A stretch of DNA of 64,000 bases from an uncultured Halobacteriales archaeon. GTDB lineage: Archaea; Thermoplasmatota; E2; JACPAO01; JAHFTW01. The position numbers and the translations under genes are program-made. The DNA lies in NCBI GenBank assembly GCA_964643795.1, contig CAZXUC010000018.1, positions 2,238 through 66,237 on the forward strand, given 5' to 3'. How positions within the stretch are numbered: position 1 is the first letter of the stretch; every line of letters starts with the position of its first letter. Below the pieces are notes generated by a model. That model was not told where the DNA came from and did not search any database. It worked only from the letters and a program-made list of their open reading frames with translations. This document shows, piece after piece, positions 38,984 through 48,576 of this stretch.

Positions 38984-39490
38984 TTGGCGACGGGCGTGAC
39001 TGACGAACTGCGCATCCGGCGCCGCAGCCGCCTACGCGAGAAGGAAACCAAGGGCCTGCATGAGGACATCACCGCCCGTCTCGGTGGCTCCGGCATCTGG
39101 CCGGAGGACGCGACCGTCGAGACGGCGGAATTCCTCGAACGCCAAGTCATCGTCGTGGGAAACCTCGTGCACGGCATCTACCACGAAGGGACTCCATTCC
39201 TCTCGGTGCGCGGGCTTCTTGCGTACAAGCCGCAACTGCGCTTCGTCACCGTGGACATGGGCGCCGTCAAGTTTGTCTGCAACGGGGCGGACGTCATGGC
39301 GCCCGGAATCGTCGAAGCCGACCCTGCCCTCCAGGTCGGTGACTGGTGTTGGATCCGCGACGAGCGCAACAAGCAGCCCCTCGCCGTTGGGAAAGCCCTC
39401 GTCCCGGGGACGGCCATGGTGCGCGGGAAGGGCAAAGCCGTGCAGTCCATCCATCACCTCGGCGACAAATTGTGGCTCGTCGAGAATTGA
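38984..39490 (+). CDS. PUA-domain protein of the Tma20/MCT-1 family.
   Basis: GAVKFVCNGADVMAPGI and IHHLGDKLWL match the MCT-1 PUA core. TTG or GTG start. Confidence 0.8.
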   Translation: MATGVTDELRIRRRSRLREKETKGLHEDITARLGGSGIWPEDATVETAEFLERQVIVVGNLVHGIYHEGTPFLSVRGLLAYKPQLRFVTVDMGAVKFVCNGADVMAPGIVEADPALQVGDWCWIRDERNKQPLAVGKALVPGTAMVRGKGKAVQSIHHLGDKLWLVEN

Positions 39491-39609
39491 AAGCGTGTGT
39501 TCCTGGTGAAAGGCCCGCCGCCTACCGTCTCCAGCCCACTCGAAGGACCACGAGGTAAAGTCGCTAGCCTTATCTGTGGGAACAGGAGTGGAAGGGTTGG
39601 GATGCACTA

Positions 39610-39984
39610 ATGGGATTGAAGTCTCTCTTCACGCCGCGCACGGCCACCAAGCGTTCGGACGGGGCCGACTACATCGACCTCGAGGAATACACGCAAGGCA
39701 CCGAGATGTTCGACGGCACGGCCAGCATGATGGTCCGCGTCGCGGAGATCGCGAAGTACGACGACCTGCGCGAGTACGCGAACTACGTTTACCAGGGCAA
39801 CCTCCTGCTCCTCGACTTCTCCGCCATCGCGAACGACGAGATTATTCTCCGCCGCGTCACGGGCGACTTGAAGAAGCTCGTCGCGGACATCAACGGCGAC
39901 ATCGCGGGCCTCGGCAAGACTATGCTCATCATCGCGCCGACCGGCGTCAAGATTGACCGGCATAAGGCGCGCTCGGGCCGCTAG
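39610..39984 (+). CDS. sepF: Archaeal SepF-like cell division protein.
   Basis: DUF552 core (VRVAEIAKYDDLREYANYVYQGNLLLLDFSAIANDE...GKTMLIIAPTGVKI). Confidence 0.8.
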   Translation: MGLKSLFTPRTATKRSDGADYIDLEEYTQGTEMFDGTASMMVRVAEIAKYDDLREYANYVYQGNLLLLDFSAIANDEIILRRVTGDLKKLVADINGDIAGLGKTMLIIAPTGVKIDRHKARSGR

Positions 39985-40027
39985 GCGGACGACGCTGGGC
40001 AAATTGAGATTGCGGATTTGACTCAGC

Positions 40028-40495
40028 TTCAGCTCCGCTTCCTCTTTCCGCAGATGACACAGATTTCGCAGACCGTTGCAGTCCCTTCGTACCGTTGAAC
40101 TCTGTGACCGGTCCCGACTACGCGAGCAATGCGGTAGGCCAGCGGCGCGCCGCTTCACGCGGAGGCCGCGGAAGTTCGCGGAACGACCGGTCGCAGAACG
40201 CGCAGAAACCACAGAATTCGTTTCTGCGCCTTCTGTGCGTTCTGCGACTGGGCGTCGGCGGCTCGCGGCGTGTTCCGCGTTTTCCGCGCACTCCGCGTGA
40301 AAAGGGCGAGTCCTGCTGCGATGGCAAACCGTGGACCACGCCGACGTCGGCGGACTGCGGTAATCCATGTGACCGAGGCATCGATCAACGGATCTGTTGT
40401 GCTAGCCGGATTGCTGGCGTAACCTGCCGAGCCTAGAATGGGGTCAGGCCTCCAGTCCGATGGAATACCGCATCTGCGTCATCTGCGGAAAAGTC
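40028..40495. repeat. Composite repeat-rich non-coding element with terminal inverted repeats TTTCCGCAGATGAC / GTCATCTGCGGAAA. Contains the R-B core (40156-40299) and an R-C copy (40345-40495).
   Basis: About 470-bp element inside the 587-bp sepF-ZPR1 intergenic region. Nested palindromes. Blocks shared with 28861-28921 and 14906-15057. Confidence 0.55.
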
Positions 40496-40571
40496 GTGGG
40501 TGGCGCAAACCCCCGCTCCCCAACGCTTTTTTGACACTTCACCTCGGCAGGCCACAGTGCCTACGAGCTTC

Positions 40572-41165
40572 ATGGCGGAGGCCATCTGCCCCGGTTGCGA
40601 CGGGCGCGGCCTCTCCTACACCACGGAGAACGTGGACCTGCCCTTCCTCGGCATGAGCCTGGAAGTCCTCTTGCGCTGCGAATCGTGTGGCTACCGGCAC
40701 ACGGACTTCGTGTTGACGGAGCACCGCGAACCGACGCGCTACAGTTACACGGTCCGGACCGGCGACGACATGATGGTGCGGGTCGTGCGTTCAGGATCCG
40801 GCACCATCCGCATCCCCGAGCTCGGCATCACGATCGAACCCGGTGCCGCGTCGGAGGCCTTCGTCAGCAACATCGAGGGCATCCTCGTGCGCGTCGAGCG
40901 CATCCTCGACCAGCTCCTGCGCGACGCCGAGGACGACGCGCAGCGCACACGCATCTTGGACCTCCTCGAGACGATGGGGAAAATGCGCGAGGGGCAGGCG
41001 GAGCCGGTGACGGTCATCCTGGAAGACCCGTTCGGCAACTCAGCGATTCTTGCGGAAGGCGCGACGCATGAACCCATCTCCGAGGAGGACGCTAACCGCC
41101 TCAAGTTTGGAATGGTCGTCATCGATCCGACAACGGACGCCAAGGCTGAGAAAGACCAGGACTAG
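40572..41165 (+). CDS. ZPR1-type zinc-finger protein.
   Basis: CPGCDGRG...LLRCESCGYR ZPR1 zinc ribbon. ATG at 40572 in ORF 40500..41165. Confidence 0.8.
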   Translation: MAEAICPGCDGRGLSYTTENVDLPFLGMSLEVLLRCESCGYRHTDFVLTEHREPTRYSYTVRTGDDMMVRVVRSGSGTIRIPELGITIEPGAASEAFVSNIEGILVRVERILDQLLRDAEDDAQRTRILDLLETMGKMREGQAEPVTVILEDPFGNSAILAEGATHEPISEEDANRLKFGMVVIDPTTDAKAEKDQD

Positions 41166-41202
41166 GCCACGAACACGCTGTCCAGCTCACGCGACGGCCA
41201 AA

Positions 41203-41436
41203 TCAGGCGTGTTCCTCGACTTCGTCCTTGAATTGCTCCGGGAACAGGTGCCACGCCGCCATCATGCCGAGGCCGAGACGGACGAGCATGTCACGCTCCA
41301 AGGAACGAGCTTCGTCGGGGAATTCTTTCGCAATCAGTTGCCGCATTTCGCGTTCTTGGACGGCTGTCAGTCGCCCCAGCCGCTCGGTCCCGATCAGGAT
41401 CTTGAGGCGCAGACGTTCTGGTGCGGAAAGCATCAT
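41203..41436 (-). CDS. Small hypothetical protein, 77 aa.
   Basis: Start overlaps the upstream stop (ATGA). Confidence 0.4.
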   Translation of the reverse strand: MMLSAPERLRLKILIGTERLGRLTAVQEREMRQLIAKEFPDEARSLERDMLVRLGLGMMAAWHLFPEQFKDEVEEHA

Positions 41437-41669
41437 GCGTTCAGCCTACGCGCAATAGTCGTTGCATCCTCATCCATGTTTCGCTGGAGGACCTTTGCCA
41501 ATGGTCTAAGGGCGAAGTTTTCACGCTCCAGGGTGCGGATGCGTTGTTCAAGCTCGCGCATCCGTTCGCGTTGCTGGTCGAGCTCCCGCCGAACGAGGAG
41601 GGCCACTAGGGTAAGCAGCCCACCCGTCAAGGTCACGACTAGACCGAACGCAGAAGCCGTCCAATCCAT
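41433..41669 (-). CDS. Small membrane-anchored coiled-coil protein, 78 aa.
   Basis: N-terminal TM segment then a coiled coil (LDQQRERMRELEQRIRTLERENFALR). Confidence 0.4.
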   Translation of the reverse strand: MDWTASAFGLVVTLTGGLLTLVALLVRRELDQQRERMRELEQRIRTLERENFALRPLAKVLQRNMDEDATTIARRLNA

Positions 41670-41678
41670 GAGCCAACC

Positions 41679-42644
41679 TCACGTCGACTTGAGGACACCG
41701 AGCGTCGGCTCGTAGATGAGTCCCTTGTCCATTAGGCGGTTGAGAGACTCCTCGACGTCTTCCGACGTGATGCCGCCCTTGCCTACGTCGCCGAGCACAT
41801 CGTCCCAGCGCGCGCCTTTGGCTCCCTCGAGTCGACCTACGGCGGCAATGACTTGTTGGTCAAGTGCCTCTTGGGCCGCATCGACTTCGGGGCCCTTTGC
41901 GGCTGCCACGACGGGCGCCTTCCATGCGGGCGCATCGCCCGTCGCTTGCGGTGCCGTGACGCCGCCACCCATTCCCGTGGGCTGCGGTTCGTCGCGACGC
42001 ACGACTTCGTGCACGGGCATGGCGTTGCCAGAGACGAGGTAGCCTACCGAGGTGCGCAGCATGTCGCCGAAGCGCTCGACATCCGTCAAGCCGTAGTGTT
42101 GCTGGGCAAGCATCGCGCCTTCCGCGGTCGCTTTCGGGACGCCTTGCGCTGAGAGGCTGTCGGGCGTCGCCTTCGGGTCGGCGCGCGCGAGGCGGACGGC
42201 CTTGAGGCGCTCGTTTGTGCGGCGCGCCGTGTCGAGGACCCATTGGTCACGAGTGGCTTCGTCGACGACCGAGATGGACTCGGGGCGCACGGAGACGAAG
42301 ATGGAGCCTGGCTCCGGTTCGTAACTGCGCGCCTTTCCCGTGACTGCCACGTATTGGGGAGGCTGGATCTGGCTCAACGCTTGCGCTGCTTCAGGCTGAT
42401 ACTGGCCAGCGTACACGGTGAAGACACCGGTGGGGTCGCTGATGCGGGCGCGCCACGATTCACCGGATTCTCCCACGGGTTCGACTTCGGTGCAGACGCC
42501 GACGATGTGGATGCGGTTGACCTTTGCACCGAGCGGCGTCACGAGGAAGGATGGGTCCTTCTCGCCTTGGCCCTTGATCTCGGTGCGACTGGCGTTGAAT
42601 TCTTGGGCGAAGGCCCGGTGCGCGACTTCCCGTTGGTAGGCCAT
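41679..42644 (-). CDS. RPA-associated OB-fold protein (RPAP-like, COG3390).
   Basis: OB-fold N-terminus. Translationally coupled to RPA. Confidence 0.75.
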   Translation of the reverse strand: MAYQREVAHRAFAQEFNASRTEIKGQGEKDPSFLVTPLGAKVNRIHIVGVCTEVEPVGESGESWRARISDPTGVFTVYAGQYQPEAAQALSQIQPPQYVAVTGKARSYEPEPGSIFVSVRPESISVVDEATRDQWVLDTARRTNERLKAVRLARADPKATPDSLSAQGVPKATAEGAMLAQQHYGLTDVERFGDMLRTSVGYLVSGNAMPVHEVVRRDEPQPTGMGGGVTAPQATGDAPAWKAPVVAAAKGPEVDAAQEALDQQVIAAVGRLEGAKGARWDDVLGDVGKGGITSEDVEESLNRLMDKGLIYEPTLGVLKST

Positions 42645-44032
42645 CAGACTGCCCCCTTTGTGGACGCGGCGGTCGCAGCCTTTGCGGCGGCGAGGGCGCC
42701 GGCGAGTTTCTCGGCTTCCTCTTGCACGTCTTCCGTGTGGACAGCCATGGCACGGGCGATGAGCATGATGCCGTACTCGTCACTCATGGCGTTGCCGCGC
42801 ACGGTGAAGACGCGTGCAGTCAACTTCTCCCTCAACTGGTCCCAGATGACTTCTGGGCGGAAAGCCGCCTTGGCTTCCGCGACGCACTGGTCGAGGTTCT
42901 TGTCGAGGAGCTTCTCGGTGAGTTCGCGGCCCACGATGACGCTGATGGCTCCGGTGCCATCGTCGAGGATGCCCTTGATGCGTAGGTCGGGAGTGCCTTC
43001 GACGCGGTTGTGCAAACGGCATTGACCAGCAGTGAGGACGCGGGTGCAGCCCGCCGTGCTGCAGCGGAGCACCAGGCCTGATCCCGCTCTGACTTCGAGG
43101 AGCGTCGCCGTGACGGTGACGTCGTTGCCGCCATTGCGCTCGACGATGGTCGCAAGCGGCGTGGCAGGGCGGACCGCGAGGGCTTCGAGGGCGGGGATGT
43201 CGATCGTCGCTGGCGTGACCTTCGCGTCCTGGTCGAAATTGAACTGCGGGGTGCCGCGGTAGCCGCGCACGTAGCCGCCTTCGATGGTGACGGCTTGGCC
43301 GGGCTGGAGCTGGTGGTCGTGCCAAGAAGTGAACTCGACTTGGCCCGAGGCGTCGGCGAGGACGCCGCCCCACAGTGTCTTGGGTTGCTCTTTGACGGTA
43401 ACTTGGCGGGGCGCCACCGCAAGGATGCGGCCGGAGACGCGGATGCCACGCAGGCCCTCCTTGAGGTCCGCCACGCGGGTGTCGGCGAACGTGATGGGTT
43501 GGCGCGGGATGGCTTCGGCGTCAAGCTTCTCGATTATCGTGCGGTCGCCGAAGTTGACCTGGCCTTGGCCATTGTACTCCTTCGTGTAGGCGCCCTGGAC
43601 TTCGATGACGTCGCCCTTCTCGATTCCCGTGAGGGGACGCCATGACGTGTAGGGGGCGCTGCCGGTCTCGTCGCCGAGCAGGCCCCACACGATCTGCTTG
43701 CTTTCGCCGCGTGCGACGACGTCGCGCAGGTTGATGGTGAGGACGCGCGCCTTGAGGTGGACGTTGTTCGCGTTCGCGGGCAGGTTGGCCAGGGGAATGA
43801 GGCCTTGCGGTGCCTGTGTTCCGACGGGACGGGCGCTGGCAGTCACGACGCCGTGGTGCCGGAGGATCGTCCGGATGGCTTGGTCGACGGGGACGCCGTA
43901 CTCGAGGTATTTCGCGAACTCGTCCTTGATGTCGGACTCCTTCAGTTCGGTGCCAATCTTGCTGCCGAGCGCCTTGCGAAGCGTCTCTAGGTGCGGGGCG
44001 AGGTCTTGTTCTTGCGTTGTGCTGTGCATGGT
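42644..44032 (-). CDS. rpa: Replication protein A (multi-OB-fold ssDNA-binding protein with zinc finger).
   Basis: Tandem OB folds and a CxxC...C zinc motif (CSTAGCTRVLTAGQCRLHNRVE). ATG at 44032 in ORF 42644..44137. Confidence 0.85.
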   Translation of the reverse strand, partial: TMHSTTQEQDLAPHLETLRKALGSKIGTELKESDIKDEFAKYLEYGVPVDQAIRTILRHHGVVTASARPVGTQAPQGLIPLANLPANANNVHLKARVLTINLRDVVARGESKQIVWGLLGDETGSAPYTSWRPLTGIEKGDVIEVQGAYTKEYNGQGQVNFGDRTIIEKLDAEAIPRQPITFADTRVADLKEGLRGIRVSGRILAVAPRQVTVKEQPKTLWGGVLADASGQVEFTSWHDHQLQPGQAVTIEGGYVRGYRGTPQFNFDQDAKVTPATIDIPALEALAVRPATPLATIVERNGGNDVTVTATLLEVRAGSGLVLRCSTAGCTRVLTAGQCRLHNRVEGTPDLRIKGILDDGTGAISVIVGRELTEKLLDKNLDQCVAEAKAAFRPEVIWDQLREKLTARVFTVRGNAMSDEYGIMLIARAMAVHTEDVQEEAEKLAGALAAAKAATAASTKGAV

Positions 44033-44224
44033 TTCACCAAGCGGCCAAGTAGTGCTTTTCGAGGGCCGCAGACGGGTCAAGCCAGGCCTGCACGCAAACC
44101 GCGTGGCACAGGCCAAGGTGTGCCCGATTTCACCCAACCCCCACTCGACCTTGAAGCCTGGGGGATGGGGCGGATGAAACCACTGGAGCGGCTCCAGGGG
44201 CCAGAGCGGTGTGGCAGCGCTGTG

Positions 44225-44285
44225 GCGGCGGTAGTTCGACGCCGGTTCGACGGCGGTTCGGCGCTGGTTCGGAGGTCGTTCAGCG
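44225..44285. repeat. About 11-bp imperfect tandem repeat (GGTTCGRNGNN, 5 copies) in the rpa promoter region.
   Basis: gtagttcgacgcc ggttcgacggc ggttcggcgct ggttcggaggtc gttcagcggc. Confidence 0.45.
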
Positions 44286-44771
44286 GCGGCGCAAGGCCAC
44301 GGCAGCGAGGAGGCCTAACGTAAGCAGGGGCAACGGGGCACCCGGAATGCCAGTCTTGCCGGACGTGCTGGGTCCATCCTCGTAATCCACCACGTCGCCG
44401 GCCACGACGTTCAGCGTGACGGTGTCGCTGGTCGGCTCGTCGCGCAGGGCGTAGGTGCCGGGCGCGCCCATGGGGAATTTCTCGGAATCCTGGATGTCAA
44501 CCGCTTCCACCGTGACCGAGGCTGCGTGACCGGCGAGGCTGACCGTGTGACGGACGTCGTCGTCGTTGTAGACCGAGAGCATGAACCAGTCGCCGGAGGT
44601 GAAATTGAGCTGGGACACCGACGCGATTCCGAGGTCGTCTACGTCCACGGTGAGGATGCATGGATTGGCTTCGACGCATCCGTCCTCCGCTTGGACTTGC
44701 CCTGACGCATGGGGCGCAACGACAAGCATAGACAGCACGGCGGCAAAGGGCAGGAGGGGGGACCGGCGCAT
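44280..44771 (-). CDS. Secreted protein with a PGF-CTERM-like C-terminal anchor.
   Basis: Signal peptide. C-terminus GIPGAPLPLLTLGLLAAVALRRR. Confidence 0.6.
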   Translation of the reverse strand: MRRSPLLPFAAVLSMLVVAPHASGQVQAEDGCVEANPCILTVDVDDLGIASVSQLNFTSGDWFMLSVYNDDDVRHTVSLAGHAASVTVEAVDIQDSEKFPMGAPGTYALRDEPTSDTVTLNVVAGDVVDYEDGPSTSGKTGIPGAPLPLLTLGLLAAVALRRR

Positions 44772-44914
44772 AGTTGGACCGCGGGGTGAAAACGAGGTGG
44801 AGAGGATAGGGTTTGCCCGCCCAGTAGCTGAGGGGTGCGTCCTGGGCGGGCGGTGAGGGGTAGAAAGAAAGGGGCGAAGGTTGGGAAGAGAGGAGGAGAA
44901 GTGGATGTCCCGGC

Positions 44915-45586
44915 TCAGGCTGCGGGCGACGTGGACTCGGTCTCCGAGTCGGACTCTTGCTCGGCGTCGCCCCTGCTGCCAGCGTCTTCACCGCGGTGGC
45001 GGCGTTCTTCGACGTGCTCACGCACGGCGTCCCACCGCGCATGCAAGGCGGCCAGGCGGTCGCGCAGGTGTGCCAGGCGCTCAATCATGCGGTCCTGGTG
45101 CTCCTCGATTCGGTCAATCTTTTCCTGCACGGACTCGGCGGTTTCATTGCCGGTGAAGTTGCCCGAGGCCAATTTGTCCTCAAGCATCGCTTCGCGGACC
45201 TCAAGGCGCCCGATGCGGCGCTCTAGGGCGGCGATGGCGCCGAGCATGGCGTGCGCCTCACGGCGGGCCTGGTGGGAGCGGTCTGAGAACTCCTCAAACT
45301 TCTCGCAGCGTTCCTGCTCCGATTCGTTCAGTTCGTCGGCCTGGGCGCTGCACCTGTCCGCGTACTGCTCCTTCGCGCCGTCGCGGCGCTCTTGGGCAGC
45401 TTCGCGGTGCTGCGCGGCGGTTTCGCGTTGCGCTGCAGCGCGGTCCTTGCCTTGCTCGCTCTGGGATGAGGATGAATCGGACTCGGACCCAGCGTCATGG
45501 GCAGCCACGGGGGCTGCGAGGGCGGTGGCGACGAGGAGCCCGAAGGCCAGGGCGGCCATCAGGGGTTTTCGAAGGTTCTTGGTCAT
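44915..45586 (-). CDS. Secreted coiled-coil protein.
   Basis: ATG at 45586 preceded by GGAGGA. Signal peptide then heptad-rich Glu/Arg sequence. TATA-like ATTTAAT at about 45626-45633. Confidence 0.6.
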   Translation of the reverse strand: MTKNLRKPLMAALAFGLLVATALAAPVAAHDAGSESDSSSSQSEQGKDRAAAQRETAAQHREAAQERRDGAKEQYADRCSAQADELNESEQERCEKFEEFSDRSHQARREAHAMLGAIAALERRIGRLEVREAMLEDKLASGNFTGNETAESVQEKIDRIEEHQDRMIERLAHLRDRLAALHARWDAVREHVEERRHRGEDAGSRGDAEQESDSETESTSPAA

Positions 45587-46001
45587 TGCATGTCCTCCTT
45601 GGACGGCAGACATCCGGTTGCCATGGTATTTAATGGGCTTCGTGCGGGACTCGAACGGACGGGCCAACGGGGTTACGGGACGGCGACTGAGTTGCGATTT
45701 CGGCGCGCCACGTCCTTTCGGCCCCCTGACTTGATGACGATGGTCGCCCGTGGAATCTTGGCCGGATCAACCCTGGGGGCTGGAGCCTGCTTACGCGTCA
45801 TCATGCTTGGATTGCCCCAGCGAGTACATAAGCGTACGACAGTACGTACGCGCCGATTGACACCACGAGCACGTAGAGTCCGCGTCGCCTATCTTCTGCC
45901 GCGCTTTGCATCGCCGAATCGTTGGCCCGCTCATAGTTTGGGTAAGCCGCGAGTACGTGGTCACGGTCGAGTAGGCACCCCAGACAGACACCGTCCGCGG
46001 C

Positions 46002-46538
46002 CTACCGGTTCCGCTGGCAGTTCTTCAGCAGTTCCAATGTGATGGGCACCCGTTCATCAACCGCGAGGCGCAGGCTGTGGTGCGTCGGCAGTTCGTGGCT
46101 GTAGTGCAGCGAGACGGTGACGCCGGCTTCCTTGACGGCGGTGACAACGGGAACGAAGTCGCTGTCGCCGGTAATGAGGATGGCCTTGTCGATGTTCTTC
46201 GACGGGGCAAGCCGCAAGAGGTCCACGGCTAGCTGAATGTCCACGCCCTTCTGCTTGAACTTCCCGTCCACCCTCTGCAACCGGCCCTCGCGGACCTCGA
46301 AACGGTTCAACGAGTTGAGCCGCGACGCGAACTTCTGGTAGCCCGAAAGGCGCTGGCTTTCCTCGGGCGTGGGGACTGGACTCTGCCACGGCGGACAGTG
46401 GTAGTAGTACGTCCGAAGCCGTTCATCCGGCTTGCAGATTTCGTCGGTGAACCGCTCCTAGTCGATGCGGATTCGGTCGTGAAAATCAAGAACGTGGTCG
46501 AAATAGCCGCCGTCGATGAAGACCGCCACTTTTCCCAC
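46002..46538 (-). pseudogene. NYN/LabA-like domain gene interrupted by an in-frame TAG at 46458-46460.
   Basis: ORFs 46458..46646 and 46002..46310 are in the same frame. Read-through gives a contiguous NYN domain (GKVAVFIDGGYFDHV...*...KGVDIQLAVDLL...ILITGDSDFVPVV). Confidence 0.6.
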
Positions 46539-46838
46539 ATGAGCACCAAAGGGGGAATCTAAACCCGGCATCCCGTGAGGAACGCCGGGGCGTATTCTGG
46601 GCATCCTCTCAGTTCCGCATCCGTATAAGTGTTCCTGAGTGGTCACAGGTTAGGTCTCCTGGGCCACGTGGTCGTTAGTCAGTTCCACGTCGCCGCGCTT
46701 GGCCTCGGGGCCGCCCACCTTGCTTGCGCGGGTTGCGCCCGCGCGTCCCATTTCGTGCATGGTGGCGTCGATGCGCTGGAGGGCCTTGTCGAACCGGTCC
46801 TGCGGCACGATGGCCGCCCATCTCGGACACTTGTTGGC

Positions 46839-48314
46839 CTAATCCTCGCCCATCGGCCCGTCGGAGTCGTGATGCATATGCGCCTCGGCTACGGTCGACA
46901 ACGCGGAGCGCTTTCGGCACACGCCGGACTGGATGGCGGCTTCCTTGACGGCGCGGGCCACGACGCGGCCGACGCGGGGGTGGAACGTGCTGGGGACGAT
47001 GTAGTCCGCCGACAGCTCATGCGGTTCGACTAGGCTCGCGATAGCCTTCGCCGCCGCCACTTTCATCACTTCGTTGATGTCGGTCGCGCCGGCGTCGAGC
47101 GCGCCGCGGAAGACCCCGGGGAACGCGAGGACGTTGTTGATCTGGTTGGGATAGTCACTGCGGCCTGTCGCCATTACCGCGACGGTGTCGCCTGCGTCCT
47201 CCGGCGTAATCTCGGGGTCAGGGTTCGCCATCGCGAAGACGACGGGGGATTTCGCCATCGTGAGGATGTCCGCGCGCTGCAGCAGGCCCTTCGCGCTCAG
47301 GCCGACGAATACGTCGGCACCCTTGAGGGCGTCACGCAGCGTCCCCTTCATGTTGCGCGGGTTCGTGAGGCTTGCGTACTCCAGCTTCTCGGCGTTGAGG
47401 TCTGTGCGGTCGCGCGAGACGATGCCTTTGGAATCGCATCCAATGATGTCCTTGGCGCCCGCGGCGAGCATGATCTTCGTACAGGCCGTGCCGGACGCTC
47501 CGACTCCGGACACGACGATCTTGACCTTCGAGAGGTCCTTCTTGACGACCTTGAGGGCGTTCGTCATGGCCGCAAGCATCACGATGGCGGTCCCGTGCTG
47601 GTCGTCGTGGAAGACGGGAATATCCAACTCTGCCTTGAGGCGGCGTTCGATTTCGAAGCACTGCGGGGCCGCGATGTCCTCGAGGTTGATGCCGCCAAAA
47701 GTGGGGGCGATGGCTTTGACGAAGGCGACAATCTCGTCGGCCGTGTGCACGTCGATGCAGATGGGGAACGCATCGACGCCGCCGAACTCTTTGAAGAGTT
47801 GCGCCTTGCCCTCCATCACGGGCATCGCGGCTTCGGGCCCGAGATTACCTATGCCAAGGATGGCGGAGCCGTCACTCACCACGGCGACCGTGTTCTTGCG
47901 GATGGTGAGGTTGAAGGACGCCGACTTGTCCTTCGATATCGCCCAGCAGATGCGGGCGACGCCCGGCGTGTAGGCGATGGAAAGGTCGTCCCGCGTCTTG
48001 AGCGGGAGTTTGGAGTGCGTCGTGAGTTTTCCACCAAGGTGGGCAAGGAACACGCGGTCGGATACCGCAGCGACTGTGACGCCGTCCATCGCGTCGAGGC
48101 CGTGGCGCACCTTCTCGGCGTGTTCCTCCGACGAGCAATCCACCGTGATGTCGCGGATGAGGGTAGCTCCGCCCTTCTCCGTGCGCACCATGTCGATGGC
48201 ACCGATTGAGCCGCCAATCTCGCCGATCCTCGTCAGAATCTTCGCGAGCATCCCTGGCTTGTTGTCGATTGCTAGGCGGAGCGTGATGGAGTAGGAGGCG
48301 GAAAGGTGCGGCAC
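46839..48314 (-). CDS. NAD(P)-dependent malic enzyme with an N-terminal ACT domain.
   Basis: ACT segment ITLRLAIDNKPGMLAKILTRIG. Malic enzyme Rossmann body. GTG start at 48314. The upstream in-frame part of ORF 46839..48599 is low-complexity. Confidence 0.85.
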   Translation of the reverse strand: MPHLSASYSITLRLAIDNKPGMLAKILTRIGEIGGSIGAIDMVRTEKGGATLIRDITVDCSSEEHAEKVRHGLDAMDGVTVAAVSDRVFLAHLGGKLTTHSKLPLKTRDDLSIAYTPGVARICWAISKDKSASFNLTIRKNTVAVVSDGSAILGIGNLGPEAAMPVMEGKAQLFKEFGGVDAFPICIDVHTADEIVAFVKAIAPTFGGINLEDIAAPQCFEIERRLKAELDIPVFHDDQHGTAIVMLAAMTNALKVVKKDLSKVKIVVSGVGASGTACTKIMLAAGAKDIIGCDSKGIVSRDRTDLNAEKLEYASLTNPRNMKGTLRDALKGADVFVGLSAKGLLQRADILTMAKSPVVFAMANPDPEITPEDAGDTVAVMATGRSDYPNQINNVLAFPGVFRGALDAGATDINEVMKVAAAKAIASLVEPHELSADYIVPSTFHPRVGRVVARAVKEAAIQSGVCRKRSALSTVAEAHMHHDSDGPMGED

Positions 48315-48576
48315 GGACGGCCACCAAGGGCGTTGGGGTCTTGAAGGCGACCTACTGGCGGGAGGGAGCCTGGCGGACCGGCTGCGGCTCCGCCGCGCGC
48401 TGCTGGCAGCGCTCGTTCCGCGGGTTGTCTTCGCAGTACGCGGCCGCGCGGCGTTCTGCGGCGTGGTCATTGCACTGGCGGTCGTCCGGGTTCTCGGCGC
48501 AGAAGGCACGCAGGCGGGCCTGGCGGTGGCAACGCTCCGGCGATTCAGCGTTGGCGCAGCGGGACGCGCTGTTGAT

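Noticed and set aside
45640-45670. tRNA T-arm (GGACTCGAAC) near the coiled-coil gene promoter.
   Set aside because: The flanking sequence does not form a T-stem or an acceptor stem.
46458-46460. In-frame TAG in the NYN gene as a pyrrolysine codon.
   Set aside because: TAG terminates several confident genes in the window (leuS, purA, the aminotransferase) with normal C-termini. No Pyl machinery is visible. A pseudogene or sequencing error is more parsimonious.
48340-48576. Cys-rich repeat peptide (AFCAENPDDRQC / AYCEDNPRNERC) in a minus-strand frame.
   Set aside because: No start codon in the frame. It overlaps the low-complexity N-terminal extension of the malic enzyme ORF. Probably a GC-rich phantom frame.
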